NCBI GenBank assembly: GCA_017499595.2
Contig: CM039000.1
Location: 1,240,001-1,304,000, forward strand
Length of the DNA stretch: 64,000 nt
From: Psilocybe cubensis
Lineage: Eukaryota
Direction: 5' to 3'
Part shown: positions 1 through 14,120 of the stretch, in pieces
Layout of the letters: each line of letters begins with the position of its first letter
Numbering within the stretch: position 1 is the stretch's first letter
Notes under the pieces: generated by a model
What the model was told of the DNA's origin: nothing
The model's input: the letters and a program-made list of their open reading frames with translations, nothing else
The model's database searches: none
Program-made: the position numbers and the translations under genes

Positions 1-704
1 AGTGAGGAGAGAAAGACTCAACGAAACGTACGCAATAACCACGTTATAGCCTTCTGAATCCTCAGGGATGTCCGTTCTCATCCAATCTGCTGTACGAAAG
101 GAGACGTTGTGCGGAAACACATTTTTTCCTCTGTTTGAAGATGGGGGAATAGGCAGTGAACCGAATTCATGTTCGCAAGATGCAGGAAAATAATGACGTA
201 TGGGCTGAGTATCGTTGACCTGTGAAGAACCCTCATCCTGCAACTTCCGTCTTTTTCTTGGTTTGGAGTCACCAGAAGTTAGATCGTCCTCTTCGTTTGA
301 TGTACGTGGGTATGTGGGTGCTTGACACGACCAAACAGCGCGTCTCCGTCGCCACGCATTAGTGATCAAGCTTTCGTCAATGTCAACGCCCACGACCAAG
401 TGTGCACCATACGATTGAGCTAGCCCACTGCCTAAGTTAGTCAAGAAGACGCATATTACACGTTATACGTACCTATTTCACAGGTCACCCATCCCTCATT
501 GCATCCAATGTCCAGTACTCGCGCTCCCTTAAACAATCCTGAGGGAAGTGAAAGCAAGCGCTCATCGTTGCGAAACGGTCGTTTCGAATAATACCTGGAG
601 TTCGAGTGAAACAATGAAAGTCAATCCATCGATAATTGAGGATTCATAAGACTCGATTACCCATGATAATTCCCGTGCGTCGGAACGCTAGAGACAGTAG
701 ACAT
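1..704 (-). CDS. Bin3/MePCE-type RNA methylphosphate capping methyltransferase (5' part; runs off the window)
   Basis: Spliced translation from ATG at 704: MSTVSSVPTHGNYHG/YYSKRPFRNDERLLSLPSGLFKGARVLDIGCNEGWVTCEI/AQSYGAHLVVGVDIDESLITNAWRRRR. GNYxxYY, SAM motif I (VLDIGCNEG) and GVDID are typical of the Bin3 family. Confidence 0.85.
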
Positions 705-907
705 GAAAACGCATATGTAGCCATAATAATGGACGCGTCGGGACAAAACTGGCAAGTAGTCCTGCCGTTCGTTCGGCACGACGCATATTAGGCAAATGAA
801 AGTTTGGCAGCAAATGCATTTAAATGTTCAACTGCAGTTACTGTCCACATATTCAAGTCAGATTCCATGACTGTAGCGCTGGAATAAAAGGATGAAATGT
901 AAAAAAA

Positions 908-980
908 TGGGGGCACCGCGGATCGAACGCGGGACCTTTAGAACTTCAGTCTACTGCTCTCCCAACTGAGCTATGCCCCC
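908..980 (-). tRNA. tRNA-Phe (GAA), intronless
   Basis: Reverse complement GGGGGCATAGCTCAGTTGGGAGAGCAGTAGACTGAAGTTCTAAAGGTCCCGCGTTCGATCCGCGGTGCCCCCA: cloverleaf with anticodon loop CTGAAGT and T-loop TTCGATC, followed by an oligo-T Pol III terminator (A-run at 901-907 on +). Confidence 0.95.
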
Positions 981-1101
981 ATTCATTAACGATGGTATTA
1001 AAGCAATATTTTTTCGCTGGGAAACTTGACGCGTTGGGCGTCTAATTGAAATGACTTAGGACTACAGTAGCGCGGGAAGAATGTATCTTTCTACTTGTTC
1101 T

Positions 1102-2003
1102 CTACGCTACTTTGATTACGACCTTTCCAACGTGCTTCTGCAACTCAAGGTAGGCATACGCGGCAATAGCATCATCAAAATTGAAAACCTTATCAATCAC
1201 AGGCCTTGTGACTTCAGGGTTTGCAAGTATGAGTCAGTTCATGCTGTTGAACCTAACATTCGAAAATACAAATTTTGGATATGTTTTACAACAGAAAATG
1301 TGAAGCTTACTGTTCAACAGAACCGATTGAGATTCCCCGTAAAGTTACTGCGTTCACCAGTAAGGGAAATACTACACTAGCTTCACCACCCTGTATAACC
1401 ATTTTGTTAAATTAGGAGCGTCTGGAAAACACTAACTTGCACTTACAGATGCAATGAACCCGATAACTTGGACGTACCCACTTCCTGTTTTGGCTGATTT
1501 TATTGACCTTTCTAGAGTGCCTTGACCTCCTACCTGGATCAAAAGTTATTACTTGGTAGCTATAACATGCTCGGGCTGACGGAAACAAAATGACGCACTT
1601 CAATTATGTGATCTGCTCCCTCTCCGTTGGTCTTGAACCAAAAAATTTAGACAGTATTTATCTGTTTGTAATGATCACATACAATTTTCATAACTTCTTC
1701 GTCCCAGTTAGGTGTCTTGTTGTAGTTGATGAGGTGCTTTGCTCCATGTTTTGCAGCTATCTTCAATTTGTCGTCAGATGATGAAGTGGCAATGACGGTC
1801 GCTCCAGCGGCAGCAGCAAACTGTAATGCAAAGCTGTGTATATGAGACCCACGACCATCAGTATTTATCTTTATGAATAACAAGGATAGGCAGTAGATTA
1901 AAACTTACATAGAAACACTGCCCGTTCCCAACACCAAAACAAAGTCTCCCGCTTTGATTGGGGTAGGTCCATGAAGAGCGTTGTATGCTATGAGGCCAGC
2001 GCA
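1102..2003 (-). pseudogene. Truncated medium-chain dehydrogenase/reductase (zinc-binding ADH-like) pseudogene
   Basis: Exons CAGLIAYNALHGPTPIKAGDFVLVLGTGSVS, FALQFAAAAGATVIATSSSDDKL...NYNKTPNWDEEV and ...RPVIDKVFNFDDAIAAYAYLELQKHVGKVVIKVA*. In-frame TGA at 1234-1236 (SMN*LI). No N-terminal GroES-like half is visible in the short gap before the divergent gene at 2334. Confidence 0.75.
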
Positions 2004-2333
2004 TTTATTAAATCACTTCAAGTGTTGGACAAAGGTAGAAAATTGGTATACACTCAGGGGTTGAAGTATACTGCCTTCAGGGTAAGTCATTGGCTACCGT
2101 TTTAATGCCGATCGATCACAAAGCTGTCAGAAGACCAAGGGTATCGGCGTAAGATACTTACAGTATTGCCCAGGTTTCGCCTTTTGCATCTCAAAGCCCA
2201 TTGTCCACACCAGTCCGCCCCTTTACACGTCCCACAATAAATCTACAACTGAATTACTTTACCGCCGAGGCTGCCAAGTCCCGCTACTTACTAGCTTTGC
2301 TGGTCGTTGGACAGAAAGCCTGAGGTGTTAAGT

Positions 2334-4070
2334 ATGAGGATTGTTATCATCGGAGGTGGAGCCGCTGGTTGTGCATGTGCCTCTTTGTTGGCAAAAACAT
2401 TCAAAGGCCGCACCAGTGCAGATAGAGGCGCAGCGGAGGTTTTACTGTTTGAAAAGAACGAAGTGCTGGGAGGGCAAGCAACCAGCATTGACATTGACGC
2501 TAAACAGTACGGCGCAAGCTTTCTCAACGACGGGGTTCAGGGAGGTTCTCCAGCATTTAAGCACACGTTCCGACAATTTCGCGCACTCGGACTTGAAGAA
2601 AAAGAAGTGGAGCTCAAGATCTCATTTGGACATGGCCGCGATGGATTCTGGACGAACATGTTTGAGACACCATTGACTCGCACTCTCAAAACAGATATCA
2701 AACGCTTCGGGACACTTTTAACATGGATGAGATTTATCGAACCGATTCTCGGACTACTTCCTATATGGATAATCATGAATCTGTTTCGCTTCTCAAAAGA
2801 TTTTGGCGCCCGTATGGTTTATCCGCTTATGGCACTTTTTCTGGGAACAGGTGAGTCACTCTCACTCACAAGATCATATTTAATATTCCACCTCTCACCG
2901 ATTGCGGGGATACTGAATGCTAACTGCTCGATATCTAATCTAGGTAACCAAACAGAGCATGTTCCATCTGCCGTTTTGTGTCGCCTTTTCACAGACCCGC
3001 TCATGAAGCTATGGGAATATGACCCTAACCGACTTTTAGGCAGCGTACCCAAGATGTATGCATTTCCAGAGCTACGAGAATTTTACAGGAGGTGGATGAG
3101 AGACCTAGAAGAGGACGACGTCCAGATATATGTGAACTCTTCGGTCAGCCGAATACGATATCAGACAAATGGAAGAATTGAAGTCGGTTACATTCACAAT
3201 GACCAACAATCGACCATCACTGTTGACCAACTGGTTTTCGCCTGCGAGCCATCTTCTATTATAGAAATTCTTGGCGACCAAGCTTCCTGGATGCAGCGAA
3301 AGGTAGACCAACAAGATGTTGTGCATTTACAATATATATCAACAATATTTTCTTTTAGATTTTGGGGAATGTTCCTTACTTTCACGACGTCTCAGTAACT
3401 CATACTGATGTCGACTACATGCGTAAGTATTACCATCTTGACAGTGACAGCGTAGAAGACATTGCCCCCGACATGCCAATGTCATCGAAGTTTGACCCCA
3501 TGTACTTTATTCATCCCGTGGACGACCACCCTGGAAAAGTTGAGATGAGCTTTGATTGCACGCGCTATCAACCCCAATTCAACTCTCACACACCCGTGGA
3601 TCGACATATATTCCAGACCATCTTTCTTAATAAAAGTGAACAGGAATTATGGACGAAAGATGAAATAAATAAAGATAAAATTCTTTATGAAAAGGTGAAT
3701 GAGTTATCACCACCTTTAATGTTTTGTTGTTGCTAATTTTTTTAACAAAAATGACAGTGGTGGTGGCAACTGGGTCATCGTTGGTCACACTATGCGAGGA
3801 CCGTTCTGTTCTTAGCTTCCATCAATGGAAGAAGAAACACCTATTATGCGGGGTCCTGGACCCTTGTGAATATGCATGAAATGGCCATTGTCTCAGGTAG
3901 GTTTTGTGTCAGACGTTATACTACAATATCATTAACTGTATGAAACCGTTCAAGGAATTGCATGTGCAATTCGATTAGGTGCAGAATACCCGCAAGATCT
4001 TAATGGAGATCCTTCGGCGTCTAAACTTTTGCGACTCTATATGTTACTTGCACACTGGAGATGGAAGTAA
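2334..4070 (+). CDS. FAD/NAD(P)-dependent oxidoreductase (flavin amine-oxidase-like), multi-exon
   Basis: N-terminal Rossmann motif MRIVIIGGGAAG...LFEKNEVLGG; C-terminal exons YAGSWTLVNMHEMAIVSG/IACAIRLGAEYP; GT-AG introns. Confidence 0.8.
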
Positions 4071-4313
4071 AGGCTACTTGCCGCTATGACATACAGGTGT
4101 AAGCGGTGAATTGAAAGAATATCATTCCGAGAGATATTATTGCGTCTTAGAAAGGAAGTAACAGTTCCCTCATTCGGTAGCACTGGACATGTCATAAATG
4201 CATAAGCGCCTATGTGATTTATTCAAACGAGAATTCTCCAAAAGCACAACGAAAGGTACATCAACTGTTTCAAAGCGTTCTGATCATTGTATTCTTGCCA
4301 TTCTGACTTAAGA

Positions 4314-6506
4314 TTAATATTCTCCGGAGTCGCTAATCAGTGCTGCTGCCTTTTCTCCTCGAGGTTTGACCTCACACCTGAAAGGGATAGGAAATCTTGT
4401 GTAAAAAAAGGAGGGAAACGTAAGTACAACAATCCACATATCCATAGCTTCTTTTCCACTCACGAAACCATCCCATTTGTTACACCTGCTTTGAGGTCCA
4501 CGGGATTTCCATCGCTGCCGAGGATTGGTTTGATGTCAAAGGCGGCTAGGACGGAAGACACAACAATATATAATGCATTGTCGCTCAAATGTCTCCCTGG
4601 GCAGATTCTACGTGTGCTAATAAGCTCGTTCTTTCCCATTTGTATATAATACTGTGACTCACCGGCGACCAAAGCCAAATGCTGCGCACTTCGGGTCAAG
4701 AGCATTGGGGTCGAGTTGGCCATTCTTCAATAAATACCTTTCGGGTATGAATTCAAGAGGGTCCGAGAAGACAATTGGATCATGTAGAATGGACCTCAAT
4801 AAAGATTCAACATACATTACACATAAATTCACATCAGCATTCAAATCTTACCAAGAATTTCCTATCACTATGGTCCCTTGAGGGATAAAGTATCCATCGT
4901 ATTCATCATCTTGCGAACTTGAGTGACCAAGACCTATGTTTTCATGTAGATAAACCATTAAATATTAGGTCACGAGTTCCACGCACCAAGAGGAGTGACC
5001 AGCTGCCACCGCATGGTTTCTTTGACTACGGCCATGACATATGGAAGAGAAAGCTGATCACTGAACTCTGGCAGGCGGTCCCTACCAATCACTCGGTCTA
5101 ATTCCTCTTGAGCCTTTCTTTGAACTTCTGGATACAAAGCCATGGCCATGAAGAAAGATTGAGTTGCTGACACGGTCTGTTGAAGTGACTTAGATTATCA
5201 ACAATACTGGAGGCGCTTTCATAGTTTCACTTGCCGTGTCTGCACCACCTATTGCAACCAAGTTTCCAAAGAATGCATTAATCAAGCTGGTTCAATCCAC
5301 CTGGTATAACTAACATTGAGCTTACCGATATATGCAACAGCTGCCACATTCTGCGCAATTGCTCTCTCATCAGCGTACCCAGGATCAGTTTCTTCGGGCA
5401 GCCGGTCTATCAAGGACGTAGCCATGGAAGGCGTTGCCTTTCCTTCTTTCTATGAAAGGCATTCTGTTCAGCTAAATAATGGCGCAAGTTCAAGTCGAGA
5501 AAAACCTACCATATTTTCTTCGACGCGAATGAAGGGATCTTGTACAACATCAGTATTGATTTTACTCCACTTGGCTGCTTTGCGCTTGAACCCAGCTCCA
5601 GGGAACCAAGATGGAACATATTTCAATATCGGCATTATGTCCACTAAAAAGGCCCCTGGAACACCAGCTTCTGTAAGACCCTCAAGAGCTTCTTCAATCT
5701 TCAGAACATGGGGATCGGTAGACGAGTCTTCAACTCTGGCGCCGTACGCGATATCCATGATCATGGCAGCAAAAGTACTGTATATTAATTAGCGTAGTCA
5801 AGCATTTCAGGAAAATTCAAAGATGTCTGAACGATACTAACTGCCGAATATGGTGCAAAAACTGATTTGGTGAATCCAGCAGATTGCGGAGTAGTGCACG
5901 AGACTCGCGTTGCTGCAATGCCTTATACTTCCAAACAGTATTCCGGTGGAAATGTTCATTGAATGCCCGTCTGTGCCTGCGCCATGTTTGTCCGTACGGC
6001 ATGAGTGCCAGACTGAAGCTCCAGTTCATACTATTCGTCATACTGGTTGTGGTTCTTTGAAAACAAGAATGATCAAGGGCTATCACTTACAGTTCGACGA
6101 GCATAGGCATGTGCGCTCTGCTAGAGTAATTCCATGACCGTCTGTCGAACAGGTCGCTTGTTCTCTTAAGGGAGCCAAGAAGAAGAAATGGTTGTCCTAA
6201 AACCTCGAAATATACCATGTCACCTGGTACAAAATAAAGTCAACTATGGTTTTGGAAGATACGGAAAGAAATACCATAGATTTTAAACCATTGATCGTAT
6301 ACAAGCCACGGATATTCCAGTGGCATATCAAATATGCTCCCAAGTATAGGGAGTCCCTTTGGACCTGGAGGTAGAGGAAGGCGTCTAGGATTGCGTCTAG
6401 TACTGGCTCTTACGCGCAAAAAAGCAACATAAGAGACTGTTCCTGCAATAAAGCCATAGAAAGGATGTTCTACAATGAAGTCACCGACTCGCCTCAGCAC
6501 AAACAT
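4314..6506 (-). CDS. Cytochrome P450, multi-exon
   Basis: N-terminal anchor and PPGPKGLP, I-helix GGADT, ExxR (KETMRW), PERY, heme motif FGFGRR/ICPG. Confidence 0.93.
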
Positions 6507-7528
6507 GATGGAGGTCCAATGAAAAAGAGGATGAACAGGGATGAACTTATGAGTCTTTATTTAATAGAGCCTTCCACTGCAATATTTAAATTGATGGAAT
6601 CGAAGATCTAAAAAATGAGATGAGCTTGATACTGCTTGATAAGCAAATAATGAACGAGAGGCCCGATCCTTTCGATAACTTTCCTGAGTGGTCAAAATAT
6701 TTCCAATGGGCAGCAATCAAGATTATTTCAAGACAATCAAGTAATGGAACATATCCCGTACGTTTTGTGCTAAGAGGCTGATTGTTTAGATAGTCAGTGA
6801 TAGTATATGCAGATTAACGGAAATGCAAACATAACAATGACACTGGCTTGGAAGTTTCGAAAGGCGTCAGCGGGAGATTGTGTGGTTATAAACACCGACC
6901 GCAGAGCTAAGAAAAGTAAGAGCGTGCCTTGAGCGTGTCAGAGCGCACCCTTACTATATAGATATAGACCCTACTTACCCGAAACCAACATGGTGTACTG
7001 TACCCGTTGAGTAGCCGTAGAACATCTTCTGTAGAGTAAGATCCGAATACTAACTTCTATAAAAGCTGGATGAGGGATACCTTTGGGGATGCAGAAACAA
7101 CAAAGGAGAGTAAACGTGGATTGCGACTCGAGACATTTTGTAGCCCGGAAAGACCTGGAAATTTGTCAATGGCAAGTTCGTTCAAGCCGAAACTCCCAGT
7201 GACATTATTGGACTGCTGTGGCAGGAATCATAGTCGCTGGAATTCTATATATCTGTCAGAAAAGTTAGACTGTATTCCTTCCTTACCCTGATTTGCGCGA
7301 GACCATTACGATTTTTTGAAATTGCTAGTTATTATGGGTAAGTTATCAGTGCCAGTGGAGTCTTGAGCCATTGAAGGCACCATATACATCGGTTCCAGAC
7401 ACAAACCAGCAAGAAATTTCTACAAAAATCAACCAAATGTAGGATATTTTGTGAAAACGTGCATATTCTCAACGCAACATTATAGAATTTGAGATGATAA
7501 AGTGACTGCCTTGGTTGAATTGACCGCT

Positions 7529-9352
7529 TCATGATATGAAGGCCCCTTCTCGCACGGGGCGTTTCACACTGTCCTTCGGCGTAGCAATAGGTGCTTTCTG
7601 GACACTTTCCAGCCGCTGAGCAACTTTTTTTTGCATTCTCTCTTCTTCACTCTGTTCATTGACCCTCTCAGCTTCCAATACCAGCGCTTTCAGCTCAGCC
7701 TCCAGCTCATCGTCATCGATTGCATCCTCCATGCCCACAGCAAGATTACCGCCAAAGCGCACCGCCTCATCCGCTTCTCGTGCATCTGCATTGGCATCGG
7801 CCAACGCGTCCAGTGTCTTGTCAATGCTAGATCGTTGAAGCGATGGGTGGGCGAGTATAGCGCGCAATGTTGCCGTCGATGACTCGTAACTCTTCATAAT
7901 CTATAGCGCAAGTGTACATTTGTTTGTGCATAAAAGGGAAAGTTATTTACCACATACCTTGATATCACCTGCAGCGGCCTCCACAGATATGAACGTCGAT
8001 TCGAGGGTGCCCAAAGACCCAAGGCGTTTGTGTAAAAGATCTTCGAGCTGTTTACGAGAACGAAGATAATTTAATGCGACTGCCTTCCGTTTCTGTTGTA
8101 AAGCTTGTGAGGCCTTGCGTGTGCACCTACAAGATGGAGTAGTTAGTACTTCATTTGATTCAGAAAAATGACCTTACTCGTCTATTTTGCTTTGCAAAGA
8201 GTCTATTTGGATAGTGAGTTTCTGGATTGCGTTCTTCAGTTCGATAATACCACGATCAACAGCCGAAATCGATCGCTCCTCTGCAGAGGCGAATTGGTCT
8301 ATAAATTTGATGACCTGCAAACATAAAATGAATAAATGTGTTTTATAAGAGACAGACCATTGACTCACATCATTTTCTTGAACTAAGACGCCTCTGTCTC
8401 TTTCAAGGTATTTGATAAGGACTTTGGCGTCCAATTCACGTAATGAGGTAGTGGTTGCAATGCCCTCAGTGTCAATCGCATCGTTCAAGTAGACAACAGC
8501 GGCAAAAGTGGCTCGGAAGCTGTCCATTGTGTATAATGCATCTCCTGCACTCGCCATTTTTCTTTCCTGAACTTCCAAAACTTTATCAGCGGCCGCCTCC
8601 ACGAGCCTTACCATCACGTAATCGCCCCACCAGCCTGTATCTTTATGCTGCTGTCCACTGCCCGAACCGGTGAGAAAGCCCTCTTCGCCGACTACGCCCA
8701 TTTGCTCAAGAGCCCACCAAAGAGGACGACCGACGACATATTTGGCTATGCGAGTAGGCAGCCACCCAGGATTATATATAGATGTGGTTTGAGTAAGAAA
8801 CTCTGAGAGAGGGACAACGCTACGAGTAGTGCCAAGTTCAGACTTTACTAGGATGCAGGTTACACGATCAATTTCTAGGGGTAATTTGAGAGATAGCAAT
8901 TGACATACGAGTACAGCGCCCAATGACAGTGGTTTTCCGACTTTGGGTATCTTTATTCGATCCATGAGCTCCCGGCCAGCATGTAACACTAGTCTATCAC
9001 TTGTGCATGATGTTGCCGTCATAGATATATTTTCAGAGTCTTCCTCCTTCCTGAGATTTCTTAACGGTGTCTGTTTTTTGAAATTATTTTCATAAACGTC
9101 AACCTGCAACCCGGAGCCGACGACACTTTCAAGTGCCTTGTGCCACCAGTCAACGTTTGCGTTATAAGACGTAGAATTCGATTGTTTCTGCCGGGAAAAG
9201 TCGGAGTACAAAGCTTGCAGCCTCGGGATAGATGTCGTTGAAAAGGGTGGCAAAGAGTTTATTGTGCTGGTGACCGGTGTTACCAGTAAATCAGAAGGGG
9301 GGGAAGTCCTTCTCGGAGTCGAGGGTATGGAATGCGTTGTTGACATCGTCAT
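7529..9352 (-). CDS. CHMP7/Cmp7-like ESCRT-II/III hybrid protein (Snf7 family)
   Basis: N-terminal RLQALYSDFSRQKQSNSTSYNANVDWW...PLSLGAVL winged-helix-type region; C-terminal Snf7-type helices (ALNYLRSRKQLEDL...RLGSLGTLE...IMKSYESSTATLR...DDDELEAELKAL). Confidence 0.85.
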
Positions 9353-9994
9353 AGTACGAGCTAAGATGATGGTTCAGCAAGAACTCCTAGTCACTAATTG
9401 TCTACAAAGAAATTGAGAATGATTGTGGCATGGTTAAGGTTGAAAGGGCAGCCAACACTCATTTTAGACAGGTCGCGTCACAGCCACATGATCATGACAT
9501 GTTCATCATCGTGACTCATTTAACGTCGCGTTGCGGAGTCGCGTCCATGTAACATTTTGTTCGCCGAGTAGAATAGTAGTATAGATACAAAAGAGTATAA
9601 TATGTGCATATTTTAAGTATATGTAAATGCTGAATAATGTGCCAATATTCCACGGCCGTATGGTTGTAAACCCGATAACCTAACAACTCTATTCCGACTG
9701 ACCGATTTTACGAAGTACTTGAAGTAACTCCAGGTCCATATCAATTGGTTTGAGCAGCAAGGTGCGCCATAACTCAGAATGCCGTGTACAAAATTTCCTA
9801 TCAGCTAAATCGATTCGGTCTAAGATCAGAGGAATGAGCCAGAAAGAATGATGTTCGAAGTCCAGCTCAGCTAAAGATACTTTGATCCCATGAAAAACAA
9901 ACGATTGGGACCAGAAATAGAGTGGCGTTATGTACAAATACACGAGGAGCATCACTAGCAAAATTATCAGAAGCTGCGCCGTAACACTTCGATC

Positions 9995-11408
9995 TCATGA
10001 CAGCTCTGCAGCACCTCTGAACCCGAGAGGCTGGGTTCTTTGCGGTTGATAGGTTCCTAGTTGCACCATACTAGGCGATATACTCTCCAATGAACGTCGT
10101 TCAGGGGGGGTAGTATACATAGCCGATGATGCAGTTGGGGACATGGAATATGCAGAGCGATATTCGGAAGTGGCCTGTGAGTAGAAATATATTTATAAGA
10201 GACCATTTGGCAAAAAGATCACGAGGATACTGACGTAGAGGCTTTGACCGCCGTACGGGATTGGGGAAGGCCCATCGGGAGAGTAATAACTGACCCCAGT
10301 CGTCATAGGAGTGACTCCAGTAGCCCCCGAAGTGATTCCAGAAGTCCCAGTTGGATGGGATGTGACATTAGTTCCCGAAACCAGTGCCTTGCGATTAAAC
10401 GAGAAGTCCTTCTGAACGGCATTTCTGCGTTGACGAATGATTTTCCACAAGACAAAGAGAATGATGAGTACAATGACAACAAGACCAGCAACAACGCCGC
10501 CAGCAATGGCGCCTGCGTTGGACTTCTTAGTCGACGGAGCAACTTCGGGAATCTGGGTTGGGGAATCAATGATGGATGTTGGGGAACTTGCAGAAGGAAT
10601 TGAACTCGAAGACAGTTGTGGGATCAGTGAAGTTGGGGCAGGTGTACCCTGACCGACTACAAACAACTCGTTCAACGGAGATATTTGATGAGAAAGTTTG
10701 TCTCGTACCTTGCTGTGCAATAAGCGGGTCGAAATTGTTACCAGTCTATAAGGGAAATAAGTGAAAGTTCTACAAGTTTCGCGAAGGGCACACACTAAAG
10801 TAACATTTATTTTCATCCACTCGGGAACCTGCACTTCTTCTGGTATATCTTTGGGGAAACTGCATGATAGCCAAGGTTAACAGGAGCGAGATGGATAATG
10901 AAACTGGAAACGCACGTCGTAATATTTACCGTCGGACAATTTTGGCTCCATGTAGTCCAGTTCTGGAACGTCCGCCCTTGACACCCTCCACAGGCACTGA
11001 TTGCACTATATGTAACACTGCTGCATTTACAAGCGTCTGCTTGGGAGAAAGTTTGCGGTCCCAAATAATGCGTGCCGTTTGGAATACTATCAACCCTTGT
11101 TGCTGTGGATAAAAAGCAACAGAAGTCAGTTATGCTACAGTATCGCCCAAGAACTTGACTCACGAATACCGCAAAGACTCTCCAAGTACGATGCAACTAA
11201 GCATGGTGTTTGATTGAGATTGTTGATTGACTGAAAGATTTTGAAATTGATAAAACAGAGAAATCAGCACTTTCTGCTACCTCCGCGATGTTAAGCAATT
11301 TACCCAAGCATAATCGGGGACACACGTTGTCACGTTCGACCCTTGGCCTGCGACGCGTAGGGAGACGGTCAAAAGACAGAGGATCAGACAGGACCATCGG
11401 CGCAACAT
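9995..11408 (-). CDS. Cys-rich-ectodomain single-pass membrane protein, paralog A
   Basis: Signal peptide MLRRWSCLILCLLTVSLRVAG; CVPDYAW/..NQTPCLVASYLESLC/..CKCSSVTYSAISACGGCQ..W..WSQNC; Ser/Thr/Pro stalk; TM NAGAIAGGVVAGLVVIVLIILFVLW; C-terminus FRGAAELS*. Confidence 0.75.
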
Positions 11409-12149
11409 GGTGGTAGGAACACACAAATCTTCCAAACGGCTCCTCTGAGGAACCTCCGTGCGCTGCAATCTCCCCGAATATGTATTAGCCTGAGAAAACA
11501 CAGCTTCCTCCAATTGATGAAAACTTGATCAACCCGTTTGGCAAGAAGGAGGTTTCGTGCATATCTGAAAAATATATTCTGCACAGCACCTCAAGGGAAT
11601 GTCATATATGGGTCGCAAAGTAGCGTTGGAAAAGAAAGGCAGGAGCTTTTCAGGTTCATTGAATTGCTTGAGGCTCGTAGAGTTACATCCGACGTGAAGT
11701 TCAAAGGACCAAAATAGAGGGATGAAACAGAAGAAATGGGGCAGCCGAAGGGCCGAATCAATTAATGTCCACATGATCCGGCCACTGTGCTTACCAAGAC
11801 CCAAGCCTGGCTGCCACACATAGTATTACAAACGCAGCGTAAGGGCAAGGATCGACAAGGTATCCATCCAAGATAATTTGCAGAGGAAAAACATAGATTG
11901 TGGAAAGTCCTGATTCCGGATACTTAAGCAGCGTAAAAGGCTACCTAAAGGTGTGAATAATGACATCAAAATTCGGATTTCTCGTAGATAATCGTGAATC
12001 AGTAACAAATCTTTAAAAACCACTAAATAATGTGTACCTAAGTTTCCAGTGAGAAAATAACATACAATGTGGTAGCGACACAAATCGCATCATCAAAACG
12101 GTTGGGTAACCAATCGACAACAAATTGCAACAGTCGTTGTCTGCTTAGA

Positions 12150-13514
12150 TTAAAGCTCAGGTGCACCGGTATATTGTGTGCGGGACGGCGGAGCAATACT
12201 GTTTTGAGCACTGTTGCTGGTGAAATTGGGGGATATGTGTGTCGGATATGGTTGGCTGGTTTGTTCAACAGATGGGATGAATGGTGATGAGGGGTTGTAG
12301 GAATGGCTGAAAGCACCACCCTGTGGTAAATCGGAGGGAAATGTACTGGGGTCGTTAGGATCCTGAGAAAGAGAATTGAGTCATAAGATGTTACAAGGGA
12401 GAAATCAGCATACATAAACTTTGGGCGCTGGTGTGGACGGGTAAGAACTTCCTGTGAGACTCATGGGATTTTGCGACGACAATGGGCCCTGGCTCGCCAT
12501 CACGGGCTCGTGGACAGATGATGGTGGAGACTGACGCTTTTTGCGGCGGAGAAGCAAATAGACTAGGCCTGCGAGTAGAGCTATCCCGACAAGACCTCCA
12601 ACGACACCGCCAGCAATAGCACCGGCATTAGATTTTTTCCCGCTGTTCTCGGTCGGTGGTTGGATATTGGTCGGTGTAGGGCCAGAAGTAGCACTTGTAG
12701 CACTTGTAGACTGGGGGACGCTGGTAGACTCGGGGCCACCTGAACTTTGCATGAGAATGTAAACCGCCTCCTTACGATGGTTACTCACCAGCTGCCTGTG
12801 CAAGGGAAGGGTTAAACGTGTCTGCTGTCTTATGAAGGAAAAAAAATAAGGGTCAACAAAATCAAAATACGACTTGCACCAATAGTCATACCTCTACATC
12901 CAAATATGCGTAGTGTGGAACATTCACGCCAGAGGGGATAGGTTGTGCAAAGCTGTTGTCGATGAGAATCGGTGCTCTAAGTTTTATCGAATTTACTTAC
13001 ACCTGTGAATAAACAACTGTGCAATTCGTTTTGTAGGTCGACCATCTATGTAGAAAGGTTAGGAACAGAGGTAGAATCAAGATATGGTGTTGTAATCACT
13101 GACTTCAGGAAATTGGCATCCTGGCACACCGAACAAGCACTCAAAAGTGAATAGTAGACGGAGCTACACCTGCAAGAATTTGCCTGAGCAGGTGTTGGTC
13201 CAAGGTAGATCAATCCTGGACTCAGCGCCCCCAATTGGAAAGCTAGACAAGATCGATGAGTAAGCCACAACCAGAAGCTCGTACACGCCAACTTACATGT
13301 TCCAATACACACACCACCAAGGGCAGCTGCAACATCGCATGGGCTTTGTCCCAATGAATTGAAACTCTGAAAGAATTTGTCAGTCTGTTCCTACTAGTTC
13401 CAATTGGCGGATTGAACTAACCCAATCAAACCCCGGCAAACATTTGGCCGTACTTTGAGCCTGAGAGTACTGAACCCAAAGCCCAAGGAAACCGACAGCG
13501 AGCAGACTCAGCAT
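12150..13514 (-). CDS. Cys-rich-ectodomain single-pass membrane protein, paralog B
   Basis: Signal peptide MLSLLAVGFLGLWVQYSQA; CLPGFDW/..NSLGQSPCDVAAALGGVC/..CRCSSVYYSLLSACSVCQ; TM NAGAIAGGVVGGLVGIALLAGLVYLLL; tail YDPNDPSTFP...YTGAPEL*. Confidence 0.78.
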
Positions 13515-14120
13515 GGCGAATTAAACTCCTGGTGGTCGTAGGTGTAGTCGAAAGGAGTCCGCACCGCTCGGCAAAAATACTGCTCATTCTGAGAAAACGA
13601 TAGTATTGAGGCGGCGTTCCTGAAACCCCAAAATTGGCAAGTGCAGAAGACTAGACCCCTGAAACGGAAGTTGGAAGCAGCCGCAGCACCGCCGCGCCGT
13701 GATTTGGATAAACAACTTTTGGTTCAAGTCAGGCGGGTTCCGCAATTCAAATATACTGAGTGTCCCATCCCACACGTAAATATTTGTCTTGCCTCCCAAA
13801 AAAGAGGGCTTGACCATTCTGTGAGTCAATTTAGATTGAGAGAGAATATGTGGAAGAAGATCTTAAGAATCGTTCTCCGATTATTGAATTGTCTGTCGCA
13901 AAGTATCTGCAAGTCTCACTTCTGATTGCACTTGGTATAATTTGGATAGTAATTCCGGAGTGCATTTTCTATTGGTACTTGGACAAAGTGTTATTCATAA
14001 ATTACCAACTGCCCAAATAATGGGGAAAGGAGGAGGGATTGAGAATAAAAAGGGATACAGCTTTGAGACGCTAATATCGTCGGTAACAGGTCAAAGGAAT
14101 GTGAGGATGACAGCGAACTA

